Shown here piece after piece: positions 38,285 through 47,561 of a stretch of DNA of 64,000 nt. The notes under the pieces are model-generated. The model did not search any database. It was given only the letters and a program-made list of their open reading frames with translations, and was not told where the DNA came from. The position numbers and the translations under genes are program-made. Numbering within the stretch: position 1 is the stretch's first letter; each line of letters starts with the position of its first letter. The DNA comes from an uncultured Gammaproteobacteria bacterium (GTDB lineage: Bacteria; Patescibacteriota; Patescibacteriia; UBA1558; UBA10009): NCBI GenBank assembly GCA_964588165.1, contig CAZPMS010000003.1, positions 74,031 through 138,030 on the forward strand, written 5' to 3'.

Positions 38285-39379
38285 TTAACTTATACGACAA
38301 TATAAATTGTGGGTTTCTTTTATCATTTTCTGCCAACTGAATCTTTTAATATTTTCTCGGCCTTTGGCAATTAAAATCTTCCGTAATTTATCATCAGCTA
38401 TAACTTGCTCAATTGATTTTTTAATCTCTAAATCATTTTTAGGATTAAAGTAAATGGCTGAATCAGCTAAAACTTCCGGCAAACTTGAAGTATTAGATGA
38501 AACAACCGGCAAGCTATGGGCCTGGGCTTCTATAGCGGGTAAGCCAAAGCCTTCGTGTAAAGTGGGATAAATATAAGCCACAGCTTTAGCATACAGCCCG
38601 GAAAGCTCACTTTCCGAAACATAGCCGGTAAAAATTATATCCTTATAATCTTTAACAATCTTTTTTAACCTTTTATAAAAATAGTCCTGCCAACCAACTA
38701 AAACCAATTGGAATTTATTAGACGAGTTAAATTCTTTAAAAACATTTACCAGCCTTTCTAAATTTTTATGAGGATAAGCTGCGCCTACATATAATAAATA
38801 CGGCTTAGAAATATTAAAATGATTAATAGCAGTTGGTTGATGTTTATCTTTAAGAAAATAACCTTCGTAGGTAACTTCAATTTTTTCTGCAGGAACTTGG
38901 TAATAGCTTAAAATATCTTTTTTAACGAAATTTGTTGGCACTATAATTTTTTTTGAAGTTTTTACAGCATGCTTTAATATTGTTTTATAGCCCCAAAGCT
39001 TAATTTTATACTGCCATTTTGGCAAAGTGGTTGAACGGGAGCTCGGAAAATGATTAATAATTAAATCATGAATGGTAACAATATATTTATCACTGAAAAA
39101 AAGTGGTACATTAAAATGAGGAAAATGAACCAGATCCAGTTTTTCTTTTTTAATTATTTTTGGTACTAAAAACTGCTCCTTTAAACTATACCATCTGGCA
39201 TCTAGTAAAACCTTTTTAGCTTTGCTATTATTAAATTCGTCAAAATTATCTTTGCTTAAAAAAATTACGTATTTATTTTTTTTATCATACTCAAGCAGGC
39301 CGTCTACTAGCTTTTTTACGTACCTGCCCAAGCCCCTATGTTTAGTGCCATATAATCTGGCATCTATGCCTATTTTCAT
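38285..39379 (-). CDS. GT4 glycosyltransferase
   Basis: MKIGIDAR, TIHD, PHKN, EGFGLPAIEA. Confidence 0.93.
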   Translation of the reverse strand: MKIGIDARLYGTKHRGLGRYVKKLVDGLLEYDKKNKYVIFLSKDNFDEFNNSKAKKVLLDARWYSLKEQFLVPKIIKKEKLDLVHFPHFNVPLFFSDKYIVTIHDLIINHFPSSRSTTLPKWQYKIKLWGYKTILKHAVKTSKKIIVPTNFVKKDILSYYQVPAEKIEVTYEGYFLKDKHQPTAINHFNISKPYLLYVGAAYPHKNLERLVNVFKEFNSSNKFQLVLVGWQDYFYKRLKKIVKDYKDIIFTGYVSESELSGLYAKAVAYIYPTLHEGFGLPAIEAQAHSLPVVSSNTSSLPEVLADSAIYFNPKNDLEIKKSIEQVIADDKLRKILIAKGRENIKRFSWQKMIKETHNLYCRIS

Positions 39380-39438
39380 ATAACTACTAGTTTACGAATT
39401 AATACTAATATACAAATTGGATATTCTCTATAATTATT

Positions 39439-39561
39439 ATTTTATTTTCTTAATTATACCTTTATTAGTCCCGATATAAAATCGGGACGTCGCGAGGTTA
39501 ATATTTATATTTTCCTTACGATGCCTCGCTCCGCATCAACTTCAACTAAATCACCGTCTTT
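39439..39561. repeat. 123-bp perfect direct repeat, copy 1
   Basis: Identical to 40919-41041; covers the last 18 codons and stop of the PEP-utiliser gene plus a spacer with hairpin gtcccgat-ataaa-atcgggac. Confidence 0.95.
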
Positions 39562-40920
39562 TAAAATTTTTGTTACAGCTTTAACACCGATTATTGTCGG
39601 AATCTTCAGTTCTCTGGAAATTATAGAAGCATGAGATAATACCCCGCCCTCTTCGGTTATAACTGCCTTGACTTTTTTTAATACAGGCAAATAATTTGGC
39701 TGTGTTGAACTTGCCACTAAAATATTTCCAGTTTTAACTTTTTTAAAATCATCTGGGCCGTTTACAATCACAGCCGATCCGGAAGCCTTGCCTTTATATG
39801 CTGTTTGGCCTTTTATGATTTTATTATTTATAGTATAAAATTTAATCTTTTTTGCAATTTTTTTTGATTCCTTGCCTTCATAAATGGTGGATTGGCTAAA
39901 ATTAGTAATATAAATGAAAGATTCCTTTCTTCTCTTTAGTAAACTTTGATCCACTTTTTTATTTTCTTCTAATAAGCTTATTACCTCAAAGACTGTAAAA
40001 TTAAAAATTTCTTTATAATTTTTTATATTGATTCTCTTAGATATTTCCTTCAATAAATTCATTAAATAAATTCCCGAACGATAAAACTCCTCGCTGCGAA
40101 AACTTCTAAAATAAATGGATTCATTAATAGTTTTTATTAAATAGATTAAAGATTTTTTATTTTTGTATTTACCCAATATTTTATTAAATCTTTCTTTTTG
40201 CTTATTTTTCTCATTTTGCGCTTTGGAAAGACTTTTTTCAGGATCTAATTTAGCTTGTCTTTTTATTCTATTTAAATAATAGCTCCCATTATAATAATCG
40301 CCGTAGTAACCAGTGTCTTTAAGCCAAGAATAATTAAAAATATGCTTTTCTAAATCTTTCTCAATATTTTGATTATTCTTGAATTTAATAGAGATTTTTA
40401 ATAATGAAATTTTTTCATCTAATTCACGAGAATTTTTTACTGGTGACAAAATCGTGCTTAATTCATCGTTATTAACCTGCTTAATTATCTCGTCAGTTAT
40501 TTTATCCTCAACATAAAGAGGTAATAATGCGTAAGCGGCAAAATTTGTCATCCTACTGATAAAATCCTTAATTAGTCTTGATAGTTGTTTGTTAGAATAA
40601 CTACTATAATTTTTAATTTTATAAACTCCCTTTAAAAAAATAATTAATTGTTTATGCTCTTTATAACAATGTGATAGTTGCTGATAAAGGAAATTTGGAC
40701 TTTTTTTTAAATAATTCCATAATCTATTTTGCATTTCTTGCCAATCTTTTTTAGAAAAAACTACCTTATTATCAATCGCCCCAACATGCCTCATCCAGTA
40801 TTTAATATTTTCCATTTTTACTGATTGAATGGCAAAACTTCTAAAAACAACATGGACATACCATAAGCTCCTTTGTCTTGTATGTACATAATGCCAGTTT
40901 ATTTTAGACAGATCAATCAT
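39505..40920 (-). CDS. PEP-utiliser phospho-His domain protein with variable helical N-terminus
   Basis: GGVLSHASIISRELKIPTIIG...KDGDLVEVDAERGIVRKI. Confidence 0.85.
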   Translation of the reverse strand: MIDLSKINWHYVHTRQRSLWYVHVVFRSFAIQSVKMENIKYWMRHVGAIDNKVVFSKKDWQEMQNRLWNYLKKSPNFLYQQLSHCYKEHKQLIIFLKGVYKIKNYSSYSNKQLSRLIKDFISRMTNFAAYALLPLYVEDKITDEIIKQVNNDELSTILSPVKNSRELDEKISLLKISIKFKNNQNIEKDLEKHIFNYSWLKDTGYYGDYYNGSYYLNRIKRQAKLDPEKSLSKAQNEKNKQKERFNKILGKYKNKKSLIYLIKTINESIYFRSFRSEEFYRSGIYLMNLLKEISKRINIKNYKEIFNFTVFEVISLLEENKKVDQSLLKRRKESFIYITNFSQSTIYEGKESKKIAKKIKFYTINNKIIKGQTAYKGKASGSAVIVNGPDDFKKVKTGNILVASSTQPNYLPVLKKVKAVITEEGGVLSHASIISRELKIPTIIGVKAVTKILKDGDLVEVDAERGIVRKI

Positions 40921-41041
40921 TTTATTTTCTTAATTATACCTTTATTAGTCCCGATATAAAATCGGGACGTCGCGAGGTTAATATTTATATTTTCCTTACG
41001 ATGCCTCGCTCCGCATCAACTTCAACTAAATCACCGTCTTT
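40919..41041. repeat. 123-bp perfect direct repeat, copy 2
   Basis: Identical to 39439-39561 (offset 1480 bp). Confidence 0.95.
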
Positions 41042-42436
41042 GAAAACTTTGGTGGCAACTAAAGTATTTACAACACAAGGCTTGCCTAATTCTCTGGAAA
41101 CTATAGCAGCATGGCAAGTAATGCCACCAACTTCCGTAACCACAGCCACTGATTTTTTCATAGCGGTAACAAAATCAACAGATGTAGAGGGAACCACTAA
41201 CACTTCGCCATCTTTCATTTTAGATAATTCAGAGATGCTGCTTATTACTCTGGCCTTGCCTTTAGCTTTACCAGGAGAAGCACCTAAGCCGCAAAGTTCT
41301 TTTTTATTACCTAATGATACTTTTGGCTTATCTTTTAAACATTCTTGATTAATCTTAGAGTGCAAATTTTTAGCCTGCTTGCCGGTGATTATCTTTTGTT
41401 TGTCTAAATTTATAACTTGAACAGCAAACGACTGCCTTTCTTTAATAATTTTTTTAAAATTACTATTACTGATTTTACCTACAAGGCCTTTCCTGATTTC
41501 CTGGGGTGTTAAGAATTTAAGCTCACTAAAAGTAACTTTAAATTCCTCAGCGATTCTTTCATAAATAGGCTTGGCTTTATGAACAATATAACTGGTATGC
41601 AAATCCACTCTGGTTCTGATTAAAGTAAAATATCTTAACATATTAATATCTTTAAGTAATCTACCTGAAAGGCTAAGCTCTTTTATGGTTTTTTTATTTA
41701 ATAACTTTGTCTTATTTGAATAATTTTTTATGTCAGACATCCTTTTTTTAATATCTTTAGCCTTTAGTTCTTGGTTTAGTCTAAACATTAGATCTTCCAT
41801 TTCCCACGGTTCATTGTCATACCATACAGGAATCCATTCAAATTTCTTAAGATGTTTTTTGAATATTGGTTTTATATCATCAATTAAGCCACCTTTAAAC
41901 TTGCTGACAATTTCTAAAAAATTAAGCTCTTCTTTTTGCGTTTCTAAAAATTCCCAAGGCGTGGTTACAGCAATCAATTTGTTAGTAAACTGCTCTTCCT
42001 TTCTTTGTTTCTTTAAAATATCTTTAAACTTTTTACTAATTCTTTCTAAATATATTTCATCAATGGCATGATTAATATCACCAATTGGTTCAGCTAAAAA
42101 CAATAGGTTCCAATATTTGTTAAATGATTTTAAAAGTTTTGCCCGATTAATATTTTTGATATCGGCTAAATTATTATTAAGAAATTTATTAAGATTTCTA
42201 AAATTCTTTTCATGATTTTGGCCGTATCTTTTGATATAATATGGATCTTTATCAATTCTAGTCCACCAAATTTTATGCATCCTCTTATAATCAGAAGTAT
42301 AAGTATAATAATGAGCCAATAAATCCTTATGTACTCTAATTACTCTCTTAAAAACCACTTCTCGCCTGTCCCAATAATAAAGGCTGTAATGAAGTATGCT
42401 GATAGACCATGATCCAAACTTATGATATTTTGACAT
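40985..42436 (-). CDS. PEP-utiliser phospho-His domain protein with variable helical N-terminus
   Basis: GLGASPG, GGITCHAAIVSRELGKPCVV...KDGDLVEVDAERGIVRKI. Confidence 0.85.
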   Translation of the reverse strand: MSKYHKFGSWSISILHYSLYYWDRREVVFKRVIRVHKDLLAHYYTYTSDYKRMHKIWWTRIDKDPYYIKRYGQNHEKNFRNLNKFLNNNLADIKNINRAKLLKSFNKYWNLLFLAEPIGDINHAIDEIYLERISKKFKDILKKQRKEEQFTNKLIAVTTPWEFLETQKEELNFLEIVSKFKGGLIDDIKPIFKKHLKKFEWIPVWYDNEPWEMEDLMFRLNQELKAKDIKKRMSDIKNYSNKTKLLNKKTIKELSLSGRLLKDINMLRYFTLIRTRVDLHTSYIVHKAKPIYERIAEEFKVTFSELKFLTPQEIRKGLVGKISNSNFKKIIKERQSFAVQVINLDKQKIITGKQAKNLHSKINQECLKDKPKVSLGNKKELCGLGASPGKAKGKARVISSISELSKMKDGEVLVVPSTSVDFVTAMKKSVAVVTEVGGITCHAAIVSRELGKPCVVNTLVATKVFKDGDLVEVDAERGIVRKI

Positions 42437-42439
42437 ATT

Positions 42440-43564
42440 TTAAATTGTTGATTCAAATATATTTAAAATCTCTTTAGCTGTGTTTTGCCAATCAAACTTT
42501 TTAACTTGCTGATAGCTTTTGTTAATCAAATTTTGACGCAACTGATCATCGATTAGTATTTGATTCATTGCTGACGTGATTTCTTTAACATTATACGGAT
42601 CAACAAGTATGGCTGCGTCCCCTACCACTTCGGGTAAAGATGAATTAGTTGAAGTTATAACCGGACAGCCAACACTCATAGCTTCCAATGGCGGAAAACC
42701 AAAACCCTCATAAAAACTGGGCCAGATAAATAAGTCAGCCAGTTGATACAAGGCTGACCTATCTGCCGGATCAACATAATCTATAAACTTGATTTTATCT
42801 TTGGCTGATGACCTGCTGGCTTTTTTATAAATCTTCCTATAAAGCCAGCCTTTGCCTCCGCCAATTACTAAACTATAACCTGAATCAGTTATTTGTTCAA
42901 AAGCAGATATGATTCCTTCTACATTTTTCCTGGGTTCCAAGGTTCCAAGGTAAAGAATAAATTTATGAGGTAAACTATATTTCTCTTTAATTAGTCCCTC
43001 GTCCCTCGTCCCTCGTCCTACATTCACGCCTGAATATATAACACTAACTTTATTCTCAGGAATACCATAAACCTCAACCAGATCTTTTTTAGTACTATTA
43101 GAAACTGCAATAATTTTATCAGCTGACTTTAATTTCTGGCCGGGCTTTACAACCTTATGCCAAAAACTCATTTTTTTTGAATAAGCCCAAGGAATTTTTT
43201 TAAAGGATAAATCATGAACTGTAATAATCGATTTACAATTTTTAGAAATGGACCAAAAGTTTAAATTAGGAAACCAAAATAAATCACAACCGCCAACCAT
43301 TTTATCCAACTTTGGCCAATTAAAAAAAGTTATTGCTAAATTCAATAACTTATTGGGATAATTAAACTTATATATTTTTACATTAGGAAACTTTTTTAGC
43401 TCTTCAATTTTAGTTTGATCTGATGATCTAGCTGAATTAAAAAAAAGTTTATATTGATTTTTTTGATCAATTTCTAATAAATTCTTTAAAACCTCATAAG
43501 TATAAATACCAACTCCGGTTAAATTGTTAGCCAAAAGCGGCCTAATATCAATACCAATTATCAT
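42440..43564 (-). CDS. GT4 glycosyltransferase
   Basis: IGIDIR, TVHD, GTLEPRKN, YEGFGFPPLEAM. Confidence 0.93.
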   Translation of the reverse strand: MIIGIDIRPLLANNLTGVGIYTYEVLKNLLEIDQKNQYKLFFNSARSSDQTKIEELKKFPNVKIYKFNYPNKLLNLAITFFNWPKLDKMVGGCDLFWFPNLNFWSISKNCKSIITVHDLSFKKIPWAYSKKMSFWHKVVKPGQKLKSADKIIAVSNSTKKDLVEVYGIPENKVSVIYSGVNVGRGTRDEGLIKEKYSLPHKFILYLGTLEPRKNVEGIISAFEQITDSGYSLVIGGGKGWLYRKIYKKASRSSAKDKIKFIDYVDPADRSALYQLADLFIWPSFYEGFGFPPLEAMSVGCPVITSTNSSLPEVVGDAAILVDPYNVKEITSAMNQILIDDQLRQNLINKSYQQVKKFDWQNTAKEILNIFESTI

Positions 43565-43646
43565 AGAATTGATTGTATTATAGAAAATCTATGCCATTTA
43601 GAAAAGCCCTCTTTAAAATAAGGGCCTTTCTATATATTATTGCCTT

Positions 43647-43769
43647 TTACTTTGTTTTACACCCGCAACTGCAGTTTTCATCGTGGTCACAGCAATGGTT
43701 GCAGCAATTTTCATCGCAATTGCATTTGTTATCTTTATCCAAAGACATTTGGCACTTTGAACAATTCAT
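43647..43769 (-). CDS. 40-aa Cys-rich metallothionein-like peptide
   Basis: MNCSKCQMSLDKDNKCNCDENCCNHCCDHDENCSCGCKTK* (11 Cys, 2 His); terminator-like hairpin at about 43599-43632. Confidence 0.7.
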   Translation of the reverse strand: MNCSKCQMSLDKDNKCNCDENCCNHCCDHDENCSCGCKTK

Positions 43770-43844
43770 AACTAATTTGATTAATAATTAGCCAAAAACT
43801 CAAAATATTGAACCCTTGTTAATATAATATATCAAAAAATCTGT

Positions 43845-44963
43845 TTATTGTAAATTCATGGAACTGCCTGAAAATTCCTGCCAGGCCTTTCCAACAAAAT
43901 CTTTCATTTCCTTTTCAAACCTGGCTACTGAAAACTTTTCGGCATGCGCTTTAATATCTTGCGGATTGAACTGCTTTAATTCTTGTTGGAACCTAATTAC
44001 TGTATTAGCCAGCTCTTCCCAGCTTTGTTCGTTAATGAATCTGCCGGTTACCCCGTCTATAACAGTTTCTATGGCTCCGCCAGATTTATAAGCAATCACC
44101 GGCCTACCGCAGGCCATAGCTTCTACAGCTGCAATGCCAAAGTCTTCTTCCTGCGGATGGATAAAAGCTTTAGCTCCGGCAATCACTTTATTCCTTTCAG
44201 CATTTGGCAGTTCACCCAAAAATTCAATATTACTTTTAGCAATCTTTTTAAGTTTTGCCCCTTCTTCACCTGTTCCAATAATTTTTAAAGGAATTCGTAA
44301 TTGATTGAAAGCTTTAATGGCAATATCCACTCTTTTATACGGCCTAAGCCTTGAAACAATCACGTAGTAATCACTTATTTCTGGTGAAATGCTGAACTGT
44401 TTGGTAGCAACCGGCGGATAAATAACTGTTGACTCCCGCTGATAATACTTTTTTATTCTTTTGGCTACAAACTCTGAATTGGCAATAAACTTATCTACCC
44501 TTTGGGCTGAAGTATAATCCCAAGTTCTAAGTCTATTTAAAATTAACGGCAAAATCTTTTTAATAATTTTAGGCTGGTTAAGCTCTTCAACATACCTATG
44601 GGCATCGGACCATAAATATCTGGTTGGTGAATGGCAGTAGCTGATGTGCAAAGTATTTGGCGGAGTTATGACTCCCTTGGAAAAAGCAGAGGATGATGAA
44701 ATGACTATATCGTAAGCAGAAAAGTCAAACTGTTCCCAAGCAATCGGCATAAGCCCCAGGTACCATTTAAAATGCCGTTTGGAAAATGGCATCTTTTGCA
44801 GGAATGAAGGTTCAATATTGAAATCTTTAAATAAGCCGGACTTTTCCGGATTATGGATTAAAGTATAAACCGGGCTTTCCGGAAAAATTTTATGCAATTC
44901 AAATAAAACATGCTCGGCTCCGCCGATTTGGAATAAATGATCATGTGTTAAAGCTATTTTCAT
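43845..44963 (-). CDS. GT4 glycosyltransferase (WbaZ-like)
   Basis: HDHLFQIGGAE, YCHSPTRYLW, EDFGIAAVEAMACG. Confidence 0.92.
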   Translation of the reverse strand: MKIALTHDHLFQIGGAEHVLFELHKIFPESPVYTLIHNPEKSGLFKDFNIEPSFLQKMPFSKRHFKWYLGLMPIAWEQFDFSAYDIVISSSSAFSKGVITPPNTLHISYCHSPTRYLWSDAHRYVEELNQPKIIKKILPLILNRLRTWDYTSAQRVDKFIANSEFVAKRIKKYYQRESTVIYPPVATKQFSISPEISDYYVIVSRLRPYKRVDIAIKAFNQLRIPLKIIGTGEEGAKLKKIAKSNIEFLGELPNAERNKVIAGAKAFIHPQEEDFGIAAVEAMACGRPVIAYKSGGAIETVIDGVTGRFINEQSWEELANTVIRFQQELKQFNPQDIKAHAEKFSVARFEKEMKDFVGKAWQEFSGSSMNLQ

Positions 44964-45442
44964 ATTAAATCTAAATAACTTTTATTTTTACAATTAAAAA
45001 TTGAATCTAACGCGGAGTTTATTATTTCTTCCTTAATCATATCTTGTTTGATAATATTCTTTAAATTATCTAGCTGGCCTGATATACCATAATTAACTAA
45101 AGTTTCATCAACAAATGATATACTACCTCTGAAAATATCAAGTTTTTCATAATAGCTATTTATATTTTGAGTTTTGTCACATGATTTTATAAATTCTAAA
45201 TCATCACTGTTTATTGATTTCCATCTATAATTAGGAATCATATCTAAATTACTATATGTTGCTATATGATCATCATCAGCTTCTTTTATTAACTCAAGAG
45301 ATTTTTTAGTAGTATTAATTTCTCCTTTTAACATCTCTAATAAATTATTTTGATGATTTAAATTATTTTTCCATAAAACAATCTCACTACCAATATAGCC
45401 TGAGAGAAGTGGAATAATAATTATTAATAAAATAAATTTCAT
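44960..45442 (-). CDS. Hypothetical AT-rich protein with N-terminal hydrophobic segment
   Basis: 160-aa ORF overlapping the start of the next gene. Confidence 0.5.
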   Translation of the reverse strand: MKFILLIIIIPLLSGYIGSEIVLWKNNLNHQNNLLEMLKGEINTTKKSLELIKEADDDHIATYSNLDMIPNYRWKSINSDDLEFIKSCDKTQNINSYYEKLDIFRGSISFVDETLVNYGISGQLDNLKNIIKQDMIKEEIINSALDSIFNCKNKSYLDLI

Positions 45443-45478
45443 AGTTTAATATTTCTTTTAGAAAAATTTTAACTTAGC

Positions 45479-45583
45479 CTGTCATTCCGAGCCTGCCGAG
45501 GAATCCCGTATTAGATGGTACATACCAGGATAACGGGATCTCTCCGCTTCCCCACCGAATCGGTGGGTTCGGTCGAGATGACA
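45479..45583. repeat. GTCATT..GATGAC palindromic element
   Basis: tgtcattccgagc..gaggaatcccg..cgggatctctccgc..ggtcgagatgaca, with internal cccaccga/tcggtggg. Confidence 0.75.
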
Positions 45584-45600
45584 AAGGAGTTAAAACTTTT

Positions 45601-46989
45601 TCATGAAGCCTTCCTTTTCCCCAACACCGCTCTTGGTGTTTTAAATAATATTTGAATATCCAAGCCTAAGCTCCAGTTTTCTACATAATAAGTATCTAGC
45701 CGCACCTCTTCTTCCCAAGCCAGATCGCTTCTGCCTGATACCTGGGCCATGCCGGTTATACCGGGCTTTATGGCTAATAATTTTTTATGACGAACTTGAT
45801 ATTGGGCTACCTCTTGCGGTTCATGGGGCCTGGGCCCAACCAAGCTCATCTTGCCAAAAATGACATTAACCAGTTGAGGAAGTTCATCTAAACTCCACTT
45901 TCTGATAAATTTGCCAAACTTGGTTACCCTGGGATCTGTTTCCATTTTAAATAATGGTCCGTCGGCTCGTTCATTTTGAGTTTGCAGATCAGGTTTTAAG
46001 CTATGGGCATCTTTAACCATTGATCTGAATTTATACATTTTAAACTTTTTACCGTGCGAACCAATCCGTTCCAGCTTAACAATCATCGGACCTTTGGAAG
46101 TAAAAATAACTATTAGACCAATCATTAATAATAATGGTGATAATATGACGAGTAGAGTTAGTGCTAATAAAAAATCAAAAATCCTTTTTAAAATTCGGCC
46201 CCAACCGTCTAATCTGGTCTGCCTAACTTCTATTAAGGGTACCCCGCCGATAGTGGAGAGGTCAAAATTAATCAGCTTAGTTTCTAAAAGTGATGCAGCA
46301 TACTTATAATTAAGATTATGTTCTACGCAAAAATTAACTAAATTGGCTTTTTCACCATTAGGTAAATTTGAATCGGCTAAAATAACATCATCAATTTTAT
46401 TTTCCTTAATTAAATCTGTTAATTGGCCTTCTACCTGTTCGGTAAAACCAGAATAAACACCAACAACCCTAAAACCAAAGGAAGGCTTATGTTTAAATTC
46501 ATCTATAATATCCTGAGAATTTTTGCTGGCTCCAATAATTATAACTTGGCGAATCCCGATGCTTTTTTTATAAAAAATCTTTTTTATGTAATGAATTATA
46601 ACTCTTTCAAAACTAATAATAATTATGGATAAAAGCCAGCCGGTTAAAATAATTAATCTGGAAGAGAATAACTGAAAATTAAAAAAGAAAGCTACTACGA
46701 TAATTAAGGTAGCAGCGCTGCAAGCCACAAAAATTTTAGAAAAATCACTCAGCAAGCTGGTCCGTTTAATATTGTATAGGCCGTTTAAAGCGAAAATCGG
46801 CAGCCAGGCAATAGCCACAACAATAATAATCTGGAAAAAATCCGTATAGCCCATTTCAAACACTACCGGCCTAATTTCGGTAACAAATGATTCAAAACGT
46901 AAAAAATAGGCCAAACTACCAGCCAATAAAAGGGCCAAATAATCCAAAGGGACTAAGATAGCGGTAAATGTCAATTCGAGCTTTTTCAT
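45601..46989 (-). CDS. Priming polyprenyl-phosphate sugar transferase (WcaJ-like)
   Basis: KRIFD, KFRSM, DPRVT, SLDELPQL, MSLVGPRP, PGITGMAQV. Confidence 0.93.
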   Translation of the reverse strand: MKKLELTFTAILVPLDYLALLLAGSLAYFLRFESFVTEIRPVVFEMGYTDFFQIIIVVAIAWLPIFALNGLYNIKRTSLLSDFSKIFVACSAATLIIVVAFFFNFQLFSSRLIILTGWLLSIIIISFERVIIHYIKKIFYKKSIGIRQVIIIGASKNSQDIIDEFKHKPSFGFRVVGVYSGFTEQVEGQLTDLIKENKIDDVILADSNLPNGEKANLVNFCVEHNLNYKYAASLLETKLINFDLSTIGGVPLIEVRQTRLDGWGRILKRIFDFLLALTLLVILSPLLLMIGLIVIFTSKGPMIVKLERIGSHGKKFKMYKFRSMVKDAHSLKPDLQTQNERADGPLFKMETDPRVTKFGKFIRKWSLDELPQLVNVIFGKMSLVGPRPHEPQEVAQYQVRHKKLLAIKPGITGMAQVSGRSDLAWEEEVRLDTYYVENWSLGLDIQILFKTPRAVLGKRKAS

Positions 46990-47076
46990 AAAGATATAAT
47001 AGCAGATTTTAGCCTATTTTAACATAAAACTCAAATAATCATATTGACAATTGTTTAAATGTGTGATATATTCATT

Positions 47077-47487
47077 TTGCTCATTCAAATTTAGATGATC
47101 GCCCCGACGTTACCCTTATCGGGTAAGCCGGGGAGGAAAGTCCGAACACCAAGGTTTCCCGCTCTTAAGTGGGAGGATAATTGGTAACACCAACCGTTTG
47201 ATCTGTGAGGATTAAATAGGACAAGTGCAACAGAAAATATTTCTATTTGTGGGCCAAAGAGTATACTCTCCGCAAATTAAGAGTGAAAAGGTCAGATGAT
47301 TAGCTGACCCGTTCCTATAGTGATATAGGAAAAGAGGTAAACTTCTATCCGGTGCAATCCCAAATTTGGTAGGGAGCATGATCCCGACGGCAACGTCGGG
47401 GCTAGATAGATGATCATCCTTCGACTCACTTGAGTTCGCTCAGGACAAGTCGTAGACAGAATTCGGCTTATTAATTTGAGTGGGCAA
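47077..47487 (+). ncRNA. rnpB: RNase P RNA
   Basis: GAGGAAAGTCC, AAGTGCAACAGAAA, GGTAAAC, GCTAGATAGATGAT, ACAGAATTCGGCTTA; P1 stem ttgctcattcaaat/atttgagtgggcaa; promoter TTGACA-17-TATATT at 47044-47072. Confidence 0.93.
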
Positions 47488-47488
47488 T

Positions 47489-47548
47489 AAAAAACCGTTG
47501 TTATTCTAGAATTCAGCTATGCTGAATGATAGAACCTAACGGTTTTTT
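47489..47548. repeat. GTTATTCTAGA..GATAGAACCT element forming a bidirectional terminator
   Basis: aaaaaaccgtt-gttattctaga-attcagc..gctgaat-gatagaacct-aacggtttttt. Confidence 0.7.
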
Positions 47549-47561
47549 GTTTTACAAATAT

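Noticed and set aside
39439-41041. CRISPR array or integron attC sites
   Set aside because: Only two long repeats that include coding sequence; no spacers, cas genes, integrase or clear attC R/L boxes.
43573-43791. 72-aa + strand ORF
   Set aside because: It is the antisense shadow of the more convincing Cys-rich minus-strand peptide.
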